Assembly (NCBI GenBank): GCA_033581555.1
Contig: JAVQSZ010000005.1
Span: forward strand, 1-64,000
Source: Nitrososphaerota archaeon
GTDB taxonomy: Archaea > Thermoproteota > Nitrososphaeria_A > Caldarchaeales > Calditenuaceae
DNA length: 64,000 nt
Reading direction: 5' to 3'
Shown: piece by piece, positions 17,953-26,583 of the stretch
Layout of the letters: the number at the start of each line of letters is the position of its first letter
How positions within the stretch are numbered: the stretch's first letter is position 1
Made by a program: the position numbers and the translations under genes
The notes under the pieces: model-generated
Told to the model about the DNA's origin: nothing
What the model saw: the letters and a program-made list of their open reading frames with translations, nothing else
Database searches by the model: none

Positions 17953-19225
17953 CCCTCCTCACCGATCCACCTTGGAGGATGTAGACCTCGTCGGCGACCG
18001 ACCTGACGAAGTGCCTGTCGTGGGAGGCTACCAGGACGACCGAACCCGTCCGGGTCGCTGCCCTGATCACATCGGCCATCAGCTCCTTATTCGCGGGGTC
18101 TAGTCCGGCAGCAGGCTCGTCGAGCGCGATCAGCGCCGGCCCCCTGAGGACCGCCGAGAGGACTGCGACGACGCGCTTCGCACCGAGGCTGAGGCTGTGA
18201 ACGGGGGCCTCGAGGAGCCTCTTCGGGCCGACCTCGAGGGTCAAGGGCGTCCGGGACCTCGAGGCCAGCTCGATCTCCTCGGCGGCGGTCCTCTCGGTCA
18301 GGAACGCGCTGGGGTTCTGCGGGCAGTACGCGGCCCTAGGAGGAGACGGCGGCGAACCGTCGAGGGTCACCTTCCCCTCCCACGGCCTGAGGGCTCCGGT
18401 GAGCAGCTTCAGCGCGGTCGACTTGCCGGAGCCGTTCGGGCCCGTCAAGGCGACGACGGTCCCGGACCTCGCGGCCAACGAGAACCCCCCGATCACCTCC
18501 CTGCCCCTCCTGTACCCGAACCTGACTCCCTCCGCGATCAGCTCGTGGGACTCGGACCCGTTGGAGTCCGCGGCCTGGAGTTTGACCGAGAGCGCCTCGA
18601 GTTCGCAGCCGAGCTCTACCTCGACGTCAGGCCCGATCGGGAGGTCCGCAGGGTCGCTGACCGCCGCGACGACCAGGGTGCCCCCCGAGACGACATCGCG
18701 CAGGACCAGAGCCACCTCGCGTCTCGCCTCCTCATCGACGTGGGAGAGGGGGCCGTCGAGCAGGAGGAGCTTCGGCTTCGGGACGAGGGCGGCCGCGAGG
18801 GCGAGCCTCTGGACTTGCCCGCCCGAGAGCTCCCGGACCCTCTCGTCGGACCTCTCGATCAGCCCCACGGACCTCAGCACCCACTCGACGGATCGAACCG
18901 CCTCCTCGAGCCCTAGTCCCAAGCACTCGGCGGAGAAGAGGACTTCGTCTATTACTCGTTCTCTCACCATAACAGAGTAAGGGTCGTCGGGGACGTAGGA
19001 GACGAGCCTCCGCAGCTCCCGAGGGTCGAACTCCCTCAGCTCTCTGCCCATGAAACGCGCCGAGCCCTCGTAGGGGAGGAGGCCCGCGAGCGCGAGCATC
19101 AGCGAGCTCTTGCCGCACCCGTTCGGGCCGACCATCGAGACCAGCGCGGGCCCCTCGACCTCGAGGTCGACCTCAGGCCCTAGCCAGCCGCCCCTTCTCG
19201 GCCTGAACCGCTCTAGCCTCAGCAA
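17942..19225 (-). CDS. ECF transporter ATPase with duplicated ABC domains
   Basis: Two Walker A (GPNGCGKS, GPNGSGKS), LSGGQ and LSLGA signatures. Confidence 0.9.
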   Translation of the reverse strand: MLRLERFRPRRGGWLGPEVDLEVEGPALVSMVGPNGCGKSSLMLALAGLLPYEGSARFMGRELREFDPRELRRLVSYVPDDPYSVMVRERVIDEVLFSAECLGLGLEEAVRSVEWVLRSVGLIERSDERVRELSGGQVQRLALAAALVPKPKLLLLDGPLSHVDEEARREVALVLRDVVSGGTLVVAAVSDPADLPIGPDVEVELGCELEALSVKLQAADSNGSESHELIAEGVRFGYRRGREVIGGFSLAARSGTVVALTGPNGSGKSTALKLLTGALRPWEGKVTLDGSPPSPPRAAYCPQNPSAFLTERTAAEEIELASRSRTPLTLEVGPKRLLEAPVHSLSLGAKRVVAVLSAVLRGPALIALDEPAAGLDPANKELMADVIRAATRTGSVVLVASHDRHFVRSVADEVYILQGGSVRRVDP

Positions 19226-19790
19226 CCGGCCATCCCCTCAGGGAGCCCGCCTCGACGAGCCTATCGACGACCGCTTTCACCAGGAGCCCTCCGAGCAGTA
19301 CGCCGCTGACCAGCATCGCGCCGACGATCGAGGCGTGGAGCCATACCGGATAGGTCCTGCAGGCCGGGTAGAACGGCGAGACCAAGCAGTCGAACGGGTA
19401 GGCCGCGACCACGGGTAGCGCCCCCGCGAGGGCCATCGTCCCCCAACCCCACCTCTTATACCTCCCCAGCGCGAAGGCCAGCTCGCTCATGACCCCCTGG
19501 GCTGGGCCGTAGTAATAGAGGAGGACCGAGTAGGGGCTGATCAGGAGGAGCTCGACGACCGCAGCGATCGTCTCGCCCGCGAACGCCGCCCCCCTCTTCC
19601 TGATCACGTAGGCCGGGAGCGTCCCCCCGACGAACCAGAGCCCGTAGATCGCGGCTATTCCCAGGTGCCCGAGTAGCGGGTATACCACCAGCACCGCGAG
19701 CTGGCTCCAGGCCGCGAAGACGACCCCCGCCAACGCGGAGAGGGCCGCGAGCCCAACGACGTCCCTCGTCGTGAACCTCCCGCCGCTCAC
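19173..19790 (-). CDS. ECF transporter S component, YkoE-like (thiamine/HMP-related)
   Basis: YGLWFVGG...IRKRGAAFAGETIAAVVE...QGVMSELAF motif. Confidence 0.8.
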   Translation of the reverse strand: MSGGRFTTRDVVGLAALSALAGVVFAAWSQLAVLVVYPLLGHLGIAAIYGLWFVGGTLPAYVIRKRGAAFAGETIAAVVELLLISPYSVLLYYYGPAQGVMSELAFALGRYKRWGWGTMALAGALPVVAAYPFDCLVSPFYPACRTYPVWLHASIVGAMLVSGVLLGGLLVKAVVDRLVEAGSLRGWPVAEARAVQAEKGRLARA

Positions 19791-19884
19791 GGCCGGCCCG
19801 GTCAGGGGCTTCCGAATAAATCATCATATCAACCACTTATCGACTCGGGTTTTATAGGGTCCGGGGCCGAGGGGTGCCGGCGGC

Positions 19885-20619
19885 ATGAGGGCGGTGATCC
19901 TCTCGGGGGGCGAGGGGAGGAGGCTGAGACCGCTGACGTACTACTTCCAGAAGTCGATGGTCCCGGTCGGGAGGAGGCAGATGCCCCTGCTGTACTACAT
20001 CATGGCGAACCTCGCACACCACGGGATCAGGGACTTCTTGGTGCTGGTGGGATACAAATCCGAGCAGGTCGTCAACTTCTTCGGCGACGGGAGCAGGTTC
20101 GGGTGGAGGGTGAGTTACGTCGAGGACGCGGAGGGGTACTCGGGGACCGGAGGCGCGATGCTGAACGCGATCGAGCGGGGCGCCCTCTCCGCAGACGAGG
20201 ACGTGCTGGTCCACTACGGCGACATCCTCACCAACATCAACGCCTCAAGACTGGTCGAGCTCCACCGGTCCAGGTCCGCGGACGCGGTCATCGCCCTCTC
20301 GAGGTTCTACGAGCTCCCGGTGGGGGTCGCGAGGGTCTCCGACGGTAGGGTCATAGAGCTGCAGGAGAAGCCGAGGATCGACGTCTACGTCACGATCGGC
20401 GTCCTGACGCTCTCCGGTAGGGCCCTCGGCCTCCTGAGGGGGCTGGGGAGGAGCTCGGACCTGATGAGGGACCTGATGCCCGCGATGATCGAGAAGGGGA
20501 TGGCCGTGTACCCGTACTTACTTGAGGACGAGCTCTGGTTCGACGTGGGGACGACCGAGAGGTACGAGAAGCTCGGCTCCGAGGACGTCGACTCGATGTT
20601 CGGTTTCCTGAGGGGCTGA
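19885..20619 (+). CDS. Sugar-phosphate nucleotidyltransferase
   Basis: AVILSGGEGRRLRPLT...KSMVPV, GTGGA, YGDI, EKP, WFDVGT. Confidence 0.92.
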   Translation: MRAVILSGGEGRRLRPLTYYFQKSMVPVGRRQMPLLYYIMANLAHHGIRDFLVLVGYKSEQVVNFFGDGSRFGWRVSYVEDAEGYSGTGGAMLNAIERGALSADEDVLVHYGDILTNINASRLVELHRSRSADAVIALSRFYELPVGVARVSDGRVIELQEKPRIDVYVTIGVLTLSGRALGLLRGLGRSSDLMRDLMPAMIEKGMAVYPYLLEDELWFDVGTTERYEKLGSEDVDSMFGFLRG

Positions 20620-20675
20620 GGGCTCGGGTCAGAACTAATAAGACGGCGCCTCGGGAGTGACCCGGTAGGTCGCTC

Positions 20676-21317
20676 ATGGAGGTCAAGGTCGTCGAGAGGG
20701 GAGGAGAGTCGCTGACGCTGGAGCTGAAGGGGGTGAACCTCTCGCTCGCGAACGCGCTCAGGAGGCACGCGATCAACGAGGTCCCCGTGATGGCGGTCGA
20801 GGAGGTGCTGGTGATGGAGAACTCCTCGGTCGTCAGCAACGAGGTCCTCGTCCACAGGATATCCCTGATACCGTTCGTGACCGACCTCGACAACTACAGG
20901 CTCCCCGAGGAGTGCGACTGCAACAACAGGCTCGGGTGCGAGAGGTGCGTCGTGAGGTTCTCCCTGAAGGCGGCCGCGGCCGACGAGGTCGTCACGGTCT
21001 ACTCGAGGGACATGGTGAGGGAGAGCGGGACCGAGGTGGTGAGGCCCTACAGCGGGGACGTCCCGATCGTCAAGCTCGCGCCGGGCCAGGCGATAGAGCT
21101 AGAGCTCTACGTGAGGCTTGGGAAGGGGTCGAGGCACGCGAAGTGGCAGCCGGGGATCGCGACCGTCTACGAGGCCGGCCCCGGGAGCAGGAGGCTCTAC
21201 GTCGAGTCCTTCGGGTTCCTCCCTCCGGAGAGGATCATCGTCGAGGCCGCGAAGGCGATCGAGAGGGAGCTGGGAGGACTTGAGGCCGCAATGGGGGAGG
21301 CGATGAGGGGTGGGTAA
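20676..21317 (+). CDS. rpoD: DNA-directed RNA polymerase subunit D (Rpo3)
   Basis: ANALRR, ENSS...EVLVHRISLIP, CDC...CERC, PIVKL, G.G..HAKWQP. Confidence 0.96.
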   Translation: MEVKVVERGGESLTLELKGVNLSLANALRRHAINEVPVMAVEEVLVMENSSVVSNEVLVHRISLIPFVTDLDNYRLPEECDCNNRLGCERCVVRFSLKAAAADEVVTVYSRDMVRESGTEVVRPYSGDVPIVKLAPGQAIELELYVRLGKGSRHAKWQPGIATVYEAGPGSRRLYVESFGFLPPERIIVEAAKAIERELGGLEAAMGEAMRGG

Positions 21318-21684
21318 GCTCTACAAGCCCGAGCCGACGAAGCATGCCCGGCTTATAGCCGCGGTCGGCAGGCTAGCCGACGCCTCGCCGGAGCGGAGGG
21401 GGTTCTGGGAGAGAGTCCTCGAGGAGCTGAAGAGGAGCAGGAGGTCCAGGCGCGCGGTCAACCTCTACCGACTCAACAGGCACACCTCTCCGAACGACAA
21501 GGTCCTCGTGTTGGGGAAGCTCCTCGGCGTCGGGAGGCTCGATCACCCTGTCAAGGTAGTCGCGTTCGACTTCTCCGAGGCCGCCTACCGGAAGGTGAGG
21601 GAGGCGGGCGGCGAGGCGATCTACCTTGACCAGTTCATATCCCGGGGCGAGCCCGACCTCTCGGGTTTCAAGCTGATGGGGTGA
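21310..21684 (+). CDS. rpl18e: 50S ribosomal protein L18e
   Basis: RRSRRAVNL.RL, VLVLGKLLGVG, VVAFDFS..A..KV. Confidence 0.95.
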   Translation: MGKLYKPEPTKHARLIAAVGRLADASPERRGFWERVLEELKRSRRSRRAVNLYRLNRHTSPNDKVLVLGKLLGVGRLDHPVKVVAFDFSEAAYRKVREAGGEAIYLDQFISRGEPDLSGFKLMG

Positions 21685-22175
21685 ACGGGGTGGAGGAGCT
21701 GGTGGTGATTGATGGGTCCGGCCACAGGTTCGGGAGGCTGGCGTCGAGGGTCGCGAAGATGCTGCTGGAGGGGAAGAGGGTCGTTGTCCTCAACGCGGAG
21801 AAGATCGTCATAACGGGCACTCGGTCTGCGGTGCTGGAGAGGTACCTCGCGCTCCTCGACCGGAAGTGGCACTCATCGATCGAGAGGGTCCAGGTCTGGA
21901 ACCCCAGGAAACCCGACAGGGTCTTCTGGTACGCGGTCAAGAGGATGCTCCCTAAGAAGAAGGCGAGGGGAGAGAAGGCGATCTCGAGGCTGAGGGTCTA
22001 CGTCGGCGTCCCAGAGGAGTTCGCAGCGCGCCAGGCCGTGAGGGTCCCCGACGCGGAGCACAGGTCCGGCATCAGCAGGTCCGGCAAGCTGATCAAGTCC
22101 GTCACGCTCGGCGAGCTCTCGGAGCTGATAGGCGGCCGCGTAACGACGCCGCAGAGGCCCGAACCCAGGAGATGA
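21681..22175 (+). CDS. rpl13: 50S ribosomal protein L13
   Basis: GRLASRVAK.LL.G..VVVLNAEKIVITG, AVKRMLP, RLRVYVGVP. Confidence 0.96.
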   Translation: MNGVEELVVIDGSGHRFGRLASRVAKMLLEGKRVVVLNAEKIVITGTRSAVLERYLALLDRKWHSSIERVQVWNPRKPDRVFWYAVKRMLPKKKARGEKAISRLRVYVGVPEEFAARQAVRVPDAEHRSGISRSGKLIKSVTLGELSELIGGRVTTPQRPEPRR

Positions 22176-22579
22176 GCCGGAGGCCCAGGAACGCGGTAGT
22201 GGCCCTGCTCGCGAAGAGCAGGAGGTACCTGACCGACGAGGACGTGATCGAGGTACTCCACGTCCTCGCCCACCTGAAGAGGGAGCCTTTCTCCCTCAGG
22301 GACCTGAGGAGGATGCTCCCGGAGAGCGTCGCCTCACGACCGCGCGTTGCGAGGAGCGTCACGAACCTACTGAACACGCTGATCAACATCGGGTACCTGG
22401 AGAAATACAGCGAGCGGAAGTACAGGAAGCTCTATGACAACCTCTCGATCTTCCTCCTCAGCCAGGTGATGGAGCTCTCGGCGATCGAGAACGCCCCGCT
22501 CGCCAGGAAGGCGGAGGAGAGCGTCCTCAAGCAGCTGAAGCGGACCAAGGCCGAAGGGGCCGGAGAGGCCAGCGACTGA
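22172..22579 (+). CDS. Hypothetical winged-helix-like protein
   Basis: ATGA overlap with rpl13; FSLRDLRRML...VTNLLNTLINIGYLEK...KY wHTH pattern. Confidence 0.65.
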   Translation: MSRRPRNAVVALLAKSRRYLTDEDVIEVLHVLAHLKREPFSLRDLRRMLPESVASRPRVARSVTNLLNTLINIGYLEKYSERKYRKLYDNLSIFLLSQVMELSAIENAPLARKAEESVLKQLKRTKAEGAGEASD

Positions 22580-23731
22580 TCACCCAGCGAAGGCCCTCTC
22601 CACGACCCCGTCCACGTCGACCCTGTTGGTCCTGACCCCCAGCTCCTCTAGGGAAGCCGATAGTGCCCTGAGCGTCCTCCTCACCCTCTCTGGCGTCACC
22701 ATCCCCATGTTCCCGATCCTGAAGATCAGCCCCTTCGTCCTGCCCATGCCACCTGCGATGTGGACGCCGTGCCTCTCCTTCATGACCTTCGTGAGTTGGG
22801 CGTCCTGGACGCCGGCCGGGAGCCTGGCCGCGATCAGCGTCCTCGACCTGAACGGGTCCCTCGGGAAGACGCTCAGCCCCATCCCCTCGAGTGCCTCGTA
22901 GAAGGCCGCGCTACCCTGCCTGTGGGCCGAGTACCACCTCTCCAGCCCCCTCTCCAGCATGTAGTCGAGCGAGGCGTCGAGGGCGTAGAAGAGCGAAATG
23001 GCGGGGGTGAAGGGCGTCTCCAGCCTCTTCATGAACTCCTCGTGGGTCAGGAGGTCGAAGTAGTGGGGCCTCTTGGGCTTCCTCCTCGCCCTCTCCCTCG
23101 CCTCGTCGGAGACGTAGACGATCGCGAGGCCCGGGGGAGCCGCGAGGCACTTCTGGGTGCCGCCCACGAAGGACGCGAGGCCCCATCCGCTGGCCTCGAG
23201 CGGGTAGCCACCGATGGAGGTGACCCCATCGACGATCAGCAGGATCCCGTTCCTCCTGCAGTACTCCGCGATCTCGGGGACGTAGGGGTTGAACGCGCCG
23301 GTGGAGGTCTCGTTGTGGACCAGCAGCGCCACGTCTACGCCGTCCCTCGACTCGACCTCGCTCCTGAACCGCTCGGGCGTCACCGAGGTCCCGAGTTCGT
23401 CCTCGACCCTGACCACCCTGTCCGAGTAGTACTCGGCGGCCACGGTCATCCTCTCCGCGAAGAGGCCGTTCACGAACGCGAGGACCCTGTCGTTCCTGTC
23501 GATCAGGTTCGAGACCGCGAACTCTATCCCGCCGGTCGAGGAACAGGTGAGCACGAAGACCTCGCCCGACGTCGCGCCCAGCACCTTCCTCAGCTTCTCG
23601 ATCACCTCGCCGTGGAGCCTCCTGAACTCCTCGCCCCTGTGATTGATCATCCGGCGGGCCATCGCGGCGAGCGCTTGCTCGGGGACGTCGGTCGGACCTG
23701 GGAGCATCAGGATGTAGTCTTCGCGGTCCAC
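22580..23731 (-). CDS. Class V aminotransferase (serine-pyruvate/alanine-glyoxylate or archaeal phosphoserine aminotransferase type)
   Basis: LMLPGPT, VHNETSTG, VDGVTS, GTQKCLAAPPG, TPFTP, FRIGNMG. Confidence 0.92.
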   Translation of the reverse strand: MDREDYILMLPGPTDVPEQALAAMARRMINHRGEEFRRLHGEVIEKLRKVLGATSGEVFVLTCSSTGGIEFAVSNLIDRNDRVLAFVNGLFAERMTVAAEYYSDRVVRVEDELGTSVTPERFRSEVESRDGVDVALLVHNETSTGAFNPYVPEIAEYCRRNGILLIVDGVTSIGGYPLEASGWGLASFVGGTQKCLAAPPGLAIVYVSDEARERARRKPKRPHYFDLLTHEEFMKRLETPFTPAISLFYALDASLDYMLERGLERWYSAHRQGSAAFYEALEGMGLSVFPRDPFRSRTLIAARLPAGVQDAQLTKVMKERHGVHIAGGMGRTKGLIFRIGNMGMVTPERVRRTLRALSASLEELGVRTNRVDVDGVVERAFAG

Positions 23732-23774
23732 GTCTCAACTAGGTCGAGGCGATTAATCAACGGTCGGCGACGCA

Positions 23775-24665
23775 TCACGCCTTTGGGCCGCGTGACCTAA
23801 AAAGCTCCGCGACCTCAGGCGGGTAGGGAAGCTCTTCGCATCCCCTGTGGACCAGCACCCTGACTCGCTCCTCGTAGAACCTGTCGAGGAGGACCCCTGG
23901 CCCGAAGGAGACAACCTCGGCCGACAACAGGTGGCTGAGGAACCGCTCTCGGACCGAATCGTCATCGGAGGTCATGAGCTCGAGGGGCACTAACGCGTAG
24001 AGGGGCCTGTCCTGGACGACGTGCCTCGTAGACTTCGGGGGTAACCTCACGCCCCTCCTCGCCAGCTCGATGACCTCCTCCTTCCTCAACGTGGGGACCG
24101 CGTATCCGATCCTGTGCCTGCCAGACCTGATTCCCGAGAGGACATTGGACTCGGTGTCGTACCTTATCCCGAACCGCCTGAGGACCTCGTCGGCCATCGT
24201 CACCTCCCGCGCAGGGAACGTCCGGCGGTGCGAGTCCGAGCACAAGAGGTAGGCGGAATCATGACCGTGGGCCATCACCAGGACCGAGCCCTCTCTCCTC
24301 TCCAGAGCCTTAAGGCCCTCCTCGACCGGGACCGGCTCGAGGACCGCGTTCAGCGACGCTTTCAGCACCTCGAGCACCTCTTCGACGCTCGGGCTTCCGT
24401 CGAGTGCCCTGTACCAAGCCCTCAGCTCCACCTCCTCCGAGAAGTAGTCTACCGAGTAGACCAGCACCGCCCTCGCGCCCACCCTCCTCAGGGCCTCGAA
24501 CCTGTGGGAGCCGTCGAGGATGACGCCGTGCGACGCCTCGACGACTATCGGATGGTAGAGCTTCCCGGCCGAGAGCAGCTCGCGGCCTATCGATGCCACG
24601 AGCTCCTCCACGATCTCCTCGTGGGGGCTGAGCCGGTCCACTCCGAGGAAGGCCAGCTTGCCCAT
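23775..24665 (-). CDS. ParB-N fold protein, SerK (free-serine kinase)-like
   Basis: LSPHEE, PIVV, ILDGSHR, VDYFSEEVEL..WY, KEEVI...G..LPPKSTRH. Confidence 0.75.
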   Translation of the reverse strand: MGKLAFLGVDRLSPHEEIVEELVASIGRELLSAGKLYHPIVVEASHGVILDGSHRFEALRRVGARAVLVYSVDYFSEEVELRAWYRALDGSPSVEEVLEVLKASLNAVLEPVPVEEGLKALERREGSVLVMAHGHDSAYLLCSDSHRRTFPAREVTMADEVLRRFGIRYDTESNVLSGIRSGRHRIGYAVPTLRKEEVIELARRGVRLPPKSTRHVVQDRPLYALVPLELMTSDDDSVRERFLSHLLSAEVVSFGPGVLLDRFYEERVRVLVHRGCEELPYPPEVAELFRSRGPKA

Positions 24666-24756
24666 CTCGCCACGTCATCCACCTCGCTTACCCGCTATAA
24701 ATGGGGAAAACCGGGGCCGAGGGACACGGGCCGAAAAGGTCGACCCGAGGTGCTCC

Positions 24757-26154
24757 TCAGCCGACGCTGCCGCTCATCTCGAGCTCTATCAGCCTGTTGA
24801 ACTCGATCGCGTACTCCATCGGCAGGGTCTTCGTGAACCCCTCGAAGAACCCCAGGACGATCATGTTGAGGGCCTCCTGCTCCGGTATGCCCCTGCTCAT
24901 GAGGTAGAAGAGCTGGTCCTCGCCGATCTTCCCGACCGTCGCCTCGTGGGTGATCGTCGCGTCGTCCTCCTGGATCTCGTTGTACGGGTAGGTGTCGGTC
25001 CTGGACCTGTCGTCGAGGATCAGCGAGTCGCACCTGACGCTCGACTTGACCCTCTTAGCGCCCTTCGCGACGTGCAAGAGCCCCCTGTAGGTCACTCTGC
25101 CGCCGTCCCTGCAGACCGACTTGGAGGTGATCCTGCTGGTCGTGTCGGGCGCCAGGTGAATCACCTTCGCGCCGGTGTCCTGGTGCTGGCCGCGCCCCGC
25201 GAACGCCACCGAGAGTATCTCGGCCTTCGCGCCCCTCCCGAGCAGGTAGACGCTCGGGTACTTCATCGTGACTCTGCTCCCGATGTTCGCGTCGACCCAC
25301 TCGACCGTCGCCTCCTCGTAGGCGAAGGACCTCTTGGTGACTAGGTTGTAGACGTCGGTGCTCCAGTTCTGAAGGGTGGTGTACCTGACGTGGGCTCCCT
25401 TCATCGCGATCACCTCTACCACCGCGGCGTGGAGGCTCTCGGTGCTGTAGATCGGGGCCGTGCAACCCTCGATGTAGTGGACTTTGCTGTAGGGCTCGGC
25501 TACGATCAGCGTCCTCTCGAACTGGCCGATGTTCGAGGCGTTGATCCTGAAGTAGGCCTGGAGGGGGAACTCGACGTGGACGCCCTCCGGGATGTAGACG
25601 AAGGACCCGCCGCTCCAAACCGCGGTGTTGAGGGCCGCGAACTTGTTGTCGTCCGGGGGCACTACGGTCCCGAAGTACCTCCTCACGATCTCCGGGTACT
25701 CCCTCACGGCCGTGTCCATGTCGCAGAAGATCACTCCAAGCTTCTCCAGCTCCTTCCTCACGTTGTGGTAGACGACCTCGGAGTCGTACTGCGCCCCCAC
25801 TCCCGCCAGGAACTTCCTCTCGGCCTCGGGTATCCCCAGCCTCTCGAAGGTCCTCTTGATGTAATCCGGGACCTCCTCCCAGCTCCGGTACCTCCCTTCG
25901 GTCGGCCTGACGTAGTATCTCATCTTCTGGAAGTCGAGCGCGCTCAGGTCCGCGCCCCACTTCGGCATCGGCTTCTCGAGGAAGATCCTGTAGGCCTGGA
26001 GCCTCTTCCTCCTCATCCACTCTGGCTCGCCCTTAATCCTCGAGATCTCGTCGACTACCTCCTCTGAGATGCCCGGCCTCGTCGTGTAGACCGGTTGGAC
26101 CTCGTCCCTGAAGTCGTACCTGCTGTAGTCGAATCGGATTTCCTGAGCCACCAT
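24757..26154 (-). CDS. sufB: Fe-S cluster assembly protein SufB
   Basis: GVGAQYDSE, DNKFAALN.AVWSGGSF, GQFERTLI, YIEGCTAP, TMKYPS, HEATV. Confidence 0.97.
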   Translation of the reverse strand: MVAQEIRFDYSRYDFRDEVQPVYTTRPGISEEVVDEISRIKGEPEWMRRKRLQAYRIFLEKPMPKWGADLSALDFQKMRYYVRPTEGRYRSWEEVPDYIKRTFERLGIPEAERKFLAGVGAQYDSEVVYHNVRKELEKLGVIFCDMDTAVREYPEIVRRYFGTVVPPDDNKFAALNTAVWSGGSFVYIPEGVHVEFPLQAYFRINASNIGQFERTLIVAEPYSKVHYIEGCTAPIYSTESLHAAVVEVIAMKGAHVRYTTLQNWSTDVYNLVTKRSFAYEEATVEWVDANIGSRVTMKYPSVYLLGRGAKAEILSVAFAGRGQHQDTGAKVIHLAPDTTSRITSKSVCRDGGRVTYRGLLHVAKGAKRVKSSVRCDSLILDDRSRTDTYPYNEIQEDDATITHEATVGKIGEDQLFYLMSRGIPEQEALNMIVLGFFEGFTKTLPMEYAIEFNRLIELEMSGSVG

Positions 26155-26156
26155 TC

Positions 26157-26189
26157 GCTATAACGCCGTTATGGCATTATTTAATTATA
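26157..26189 (-). promoter_or_regulatory. sufB promoter: AT-rich TATA element plus imperfect palindrome
   Basis: GCTATAAC-GCC-GTTATGGC (26157-26175) lies between the AT-rich box (26176-26189) and the sufB ATG. Confidence 0.55.
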
Positions 26190-26256
26190 GAGCCACAACT
26201 CGTGCGCGCCCTCGGGGGACTCAGGGTTATGAGACACGCGTGGTCACGCAGGGCGG

Positions 26257-26580
26257 ATGAGCACCTTCGTCTTCGACGAGCTCCTGCTGCCCGACGAGGC
26301 GGTCCAGCTGGCCTCGAGGACCGGGAAGGTCGCCCGGATCAATTACATCAAGAAGTACGGCGAGGAGCCGCCGGGCTGGGTGATTGGTTACGGCAGGCTG
26401 GAGGGGAGGAGGTTCTACCTCGAGGGCGAGATCGTGGCCAGACACCTGATCATCAACGCGAAGAGCTACGGGATGATAGGATTCCAGGAGACGCCGGGGG
26501 GCGAGACGGTGGACAGGGGATGGATACTGGTCCCGTACAGGAGGATCGAGTTCGACGGCGAGCTCTGCGTGATCGAGTGA
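26257..26580 (+). CDS. Hypothetical protein
   Basis: 107 aa ORF with genome-typical codon usage filling the gap between sufB and coxE; no motif recognised. Confidence 0.75.
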   Translation: MSTFVFDELLLPDEAVQLASRTGKVARINYIKKYGEEPPGWVIGYGRLEGRRFYLEGEIVARHLIINAKSYGMIGFQETPGGETVDRGWILVPYRRIEFDGELCVIE

Positions 26581-26583
26581 ACC

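Noticed and set aside
19791-19884. Possible TPP riboswitch upstream of the YkoE-like S component
   Set aside because: No CTGAGA or CCTGA...AGGGA core on the minus strand; region is short and looks like divergent promoters
23775-24665. ParB partition protein suggesting a plasmid or integrated element
   Set aside because: No HTH or ParA partner; motifs fit the SerK-like enzyme branch
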